A stretch of 64,000 bases of DNA from NCBI GenBank assembly GCA_016906335.1, contig JADEYG010000003.1:310001-374000 (forward strand). The letters are read 5' to 3'. This DNA is from Novakomyces olei (lineage: Eukaryota). Under the pieces are notes generated by a model. The model was given only the letters and a program-made list of their open reading frames with translations, had not been told where the DNA came from and searched no databases. A program made the position numbers and the translations under genes. Every line of letters begins with the position of its first letter. Within the stretch, counting starts at the first letter, position 1. Positions 60,409 to 64,000 of the stretch are shown one piece after another.

Positions 60409-62403
60409 CTAGTTCAGCGTGGCCCAGATCTTTTGGTACCAATTCTTGCTCTCCCACTCTTCGCGCATCTCTTGTTCCAACAAATCAACATCAACAAACC
60501 GCCGGTTAGTTTGCAAGTCCATAGTGGACGGTTTCACAAAAGGCTCCCGCTTTACAATCTTCCAGAAACAAAACATAAAAATTACAATAGGAGCAGCCAA
60601 GTAAGCCTGGAAAAATCCACTTGCACTCGGAGATCCGCCAACCGGGAAAATAGCCACGTAAAACTGAGCGGCTAAAGCGAGACAGTTAAGTATCAGTCCG
60701 GCCACTGATCCATACACACCCAGCGGTGCTCGGAAAGGCAGCTCCCGTAAACTATAGCCCTGCACTTGCCATCCACGTCGGAAGCAGATATGAGCAAGGC
60801 AGATACAGGCCCAAGTGATCAAGGAAGATAGGCCAGAAAGAGCCAGTAGCCAGGAGAAAACTTCGTCTCCTCGACCGGAAAGTTGGACATAGGCAATACA
60901 GCCAAAGGCCAGAGTAAGGCCAATACCTGGTAGCGGTCGGCCCTGGCGATCGACGTAAGCCAGGAAACGAGGCAACTGGCCAATCGAAGCGAGAGCCGCA
61001 ACAGTACGAGAACAAGCATAAACAGCACAATTGCCGACAGATAAGACTGCAATCAAAATAACAGCATTGAAAATACTTGGCAGAGCACGTATGTGTGCTG
61101 ATTCAATAGCAATAACAAACGGACTGGCACTGGCATCGTATGAACTTGATCCGCTAAATAGTCGAGGGCTGTTGTATGGAACAATAAAGCCAACAAGGAG
61201 CAGTGAAATAATGTAAAACAGAGAGATGCGCCAGATAATTTGTTTTACAGCCTTGGGTAGGGTTTTACGAGGGTTAGAGGCTTCGGCACCGGCAATACCA
61301 ACGAGTTCGCTACCGGCAAACGAAAAAGCAGCCGTTACAAAAACGGAACAGAAACCGTGGAACCCGTAATGGAAAGCTCCCGGATCGTACCATGTATGAG
61401 TGCCACGGTATCCCACGGGATCCGTGGGCACACCACCAGCGGTAATAATGATACCGAGGATAATGAAGCCGATAACCGCGATTACTTTGATCAGAGAAAA
61501 GATGAATTCTGCTTCTCCATAACCCCGAACACCAAACAAGTTGATAATAATGAGGACGACGAGGAAAATAGTGATCCAAACACCCAAGTTGACACCCGAA
61601 TGCCAATACTGCACAACAATACCAGCAGCGACAAGCTCAAGCGGAAGCGTAACAAGCCATTGTAAAATATAATTGGTCGACATGGCAAAGCCCACGGCGG
61701 AATCGGTGAAACGAGTACTGTAAACAGCAAATGATCCTTGAATAGGAAAAAGTACAGCCATTTCACCAAGGGCATTGACTGTACAGTAAAGCATAAATCC
61801 GATAATAGAGAAGCAGATGAGGACAGAAGCAGGGCCACCGTCAGCGAGAGCGACACCACTGCCAACAAAGAGACCAGTACCAATACTTCCGCCTGACGAT
61901 TAGTGCTGAACAGGTTTGAGGAATAATTGTTTCAAATAGATATTGTTTGAAATAAATATGTTTGAAATAAATATTGTTTGAATCAAAAATTGTTTGAAAT
62001 AAATAAAAATTTCTCAACGTTTCTGACCAGAGTCGGCGGTTGCAAAGCCGTCTGGGCCATCAAACAAGTATGAAACTGAACCAAGACAGACGAGAAGACG
62101 CTTACCAATTGCAATCATCTGCACATGACGGTTCTTAAGGTCTCGTTTAAGGAGACCTCCATTCTCATCGACGCCACCGCTACCGACGCCGATCTTTTCA
62201 ACATCGCCGGTACTTGGATCGAACTTTTTCACAATCCCGGGCTTGAACGAGTCGACCATTCGGCGGAAAATGCCAGACTGCTCATGATCATAAACGGCGC
62301 CGATATTACTAGGCTGGTCCTGATCATATACGGCACCGATAGTAGATTTGTCATTGGGCGAAACCTCGTTTGTGAGGTTGCGGCCCACCTCGTTTTTCGA
62401 CAT
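60409..62403 (-). CDS. Yeast amino acid transporter (YAT) family general amino acid permease, Gap1-like
   Basis: Exons 62403-62106 and 61892-60409. LKRDLKNRHVQMIAIG/GSIGTGLFVGSG, GYGEAEF, AFSFAGSELVG and ASPFVIA. Confidence 0.92.
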
Positions 62404-63925
62404 GCTCAGCCGTCAGAAAGCTTGCAGCAAAAGCGGCCGATAGGAAAACCCAAGTTTGTTGTTCGTATATTTGGAGACGAGGACAAGTATGGGAGGCGAA
62501 GAACGGAGCTTCTTATAAATCGTCAAGTACTACAGTCTATTGCGGCGATAAGACAAATTAGACTGGTTTTTTTTTTACCCTTTTCTCCTATAAAGCCGCA
62601 TGATTGTGTACATGAACGAAAAATCGCCGTACCACCGCTTGGGAAAGTATAGAAAAAGAATAAAAATCGGAATGCGAGTCGTTTGAGTGTGCTGCATGAT
62701 ATAATTATTTGATCTAATATTAACAGATAAACGAAAAAGAATACTTGCATAATACAGCAAAAGTCTACGGAAATCGTGTGTCCCAAGTACTAAATTACTT
62801 ACTAGTATGCTGTAAATAACAAATGCAAGAGAAAAAGTATGTAAATCCAGGTGCGTATAGCGTCATAGCACAATTTTCCAACGAAAATTTCAAAAAGATA
62901 AGCGACGGCCGAGTTTTCACGAGTACTTGAGAATATTAAAGCGTTTCACGTAGCTAGCTATACACTGCACGTCATAAGACAAGGGACAGTGAAGGGCATA
63001 TATAGGATATTAGGAGTGAGCTTTACGAGTTGGCTAGAAATTTGTTGAGCGTAGTGGCAAAACGAAGCACTAATTGTATGACTTTACAACACATTGATTT
63101 CATTGGCGACCAGAGTAACGGGAGCTTTTGTCCAATTAGTATTTTCCATTGCTGATCAATGACTTCATTTTCGTGGACTGAGTTTCCGTTATCTGCTCCG
63201 GAATTTCGCGCGCCCATGATTGGCGCCCACATTATTTCCAGCGAATATTGCCGATCATAGCGAATAACTGGGTTAAGACGGCTTTTTTACGGCTTATTAA
63301 TTATTTATATGCATGTATTACTTGAATGTTTTTCACTATAACGTGAACAATCTAAGGGTCCTCTACGTTGCTTTATTTTACGATGGATTTGGGTCCAGGC
63401 ATACTGATAACTAATGTTGCAAGTTTAAAACACTTTTTATACCCTCGCATGATCTATACTTATTGCAATGAGCAAATTTTTTCTGTCCTTTGCGCAGGTG
63501 GCAAATGATGCAATTCACAGGAGAAGAGTTTTATTCGATTGTTCGTGTGCAGTCAAGTGTTGTTGTGGGCGAATAATCCTCATAGAATAGATATGTATTA
63601 AATTTTGGTAAGCCTTTTCCTCATATTAAGTAATCAAGTAGTTGATTGGTTGATGCATTAATTAGTTAATCTCGTTGAAATATGAATCTATTATCCCCTT
63701 ATAATAATACACCTGCCGACTCACTCAGTGATTAAAACAAGGCTTCCATGTGCCAGTTGTCTGACTTTAGCTTTACAGGATCTCACTCAAAAATACATAG
63801 TTATATATATAGCCCAAGCGAACCCTCATACCATTCAGGGATTTAGCTAAAGCAATCGAGAGTTTCTAATTCATTTAATTTATCATAGGAACAAATTCCA
63901 ACCTATATTCACAACAATTTCTCAA

Positions 63926-63926
63926 T

Positions 63927-63997
<71 letters not shown>

Positions 63998-64000
63998 TTT
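63926..64000. repeat. (TTTA)n microsatellite running off the window end
   Basis: Read directly. Confidence 0.95.

Noticed and set aside
1-64000. Transposons, rRNA, spliceosomal snRNAs and prokaryotic systems
   Set aside because: No RT, integrase or transposase motifs, LTR/TIR pairs, rRNA or U1/U2/U5/U6 signatures were recognised by eye; small ncRNAs could have been missed.

Overview
This is eukaryotic, intron-containing fungal DNA from an ascomycete. Short introns with CTAAY/CTAAA branch points close to YAG/AAG acceptors, together with a putative complex I subunit, suggest an intron-rich non-Saccharomyces, non-Schizosaccharomyces lineage, possibly Taphrinomycotina (inference only). About 27 protein genes are supportable. 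The left ~25 kb is housekeeping: NDUFA11-like, a 3-exon microprotein missed by the ORF track, AP-1 beta, EXO1, a HAD/SAK RNA-repair-like protein, an Ariadne E3 ligase, eIF2B-epsilon, Skn7/Prr1, TPS1 and a peroxiredoxin. Two accessory loci stand out. (1) At 27.0-43.5 kb, two paralogous secreted Cys-rich proteins and a membrane-anchored GH16 glucanase sit divergent from three tandem processive GT2 glycan-synthase paralogs, two of which share a near-identical 215-bp tract (probable gene conversion). This is a candidate polysaccharide synthesis/remodelling system. (2) At 48.3-59.3 kb, a CYP504-like P450, an amine/amino-acid permease, a GMC oxidoreductase, an SDR and a Zn2Cys6 regulator form a compact cluster with GCGATAAG (GATA) sites in its promoters, a candidate catabolic cluster for a nitrogen-containing aromatic compound. 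Simple-sequence repeats are abundant, several sitting in promoters. No tRNA, rRNA, CRISPR array or transposon was found. Exon boundaries were derived by hand and family assignments by motif recognition, not by database search.
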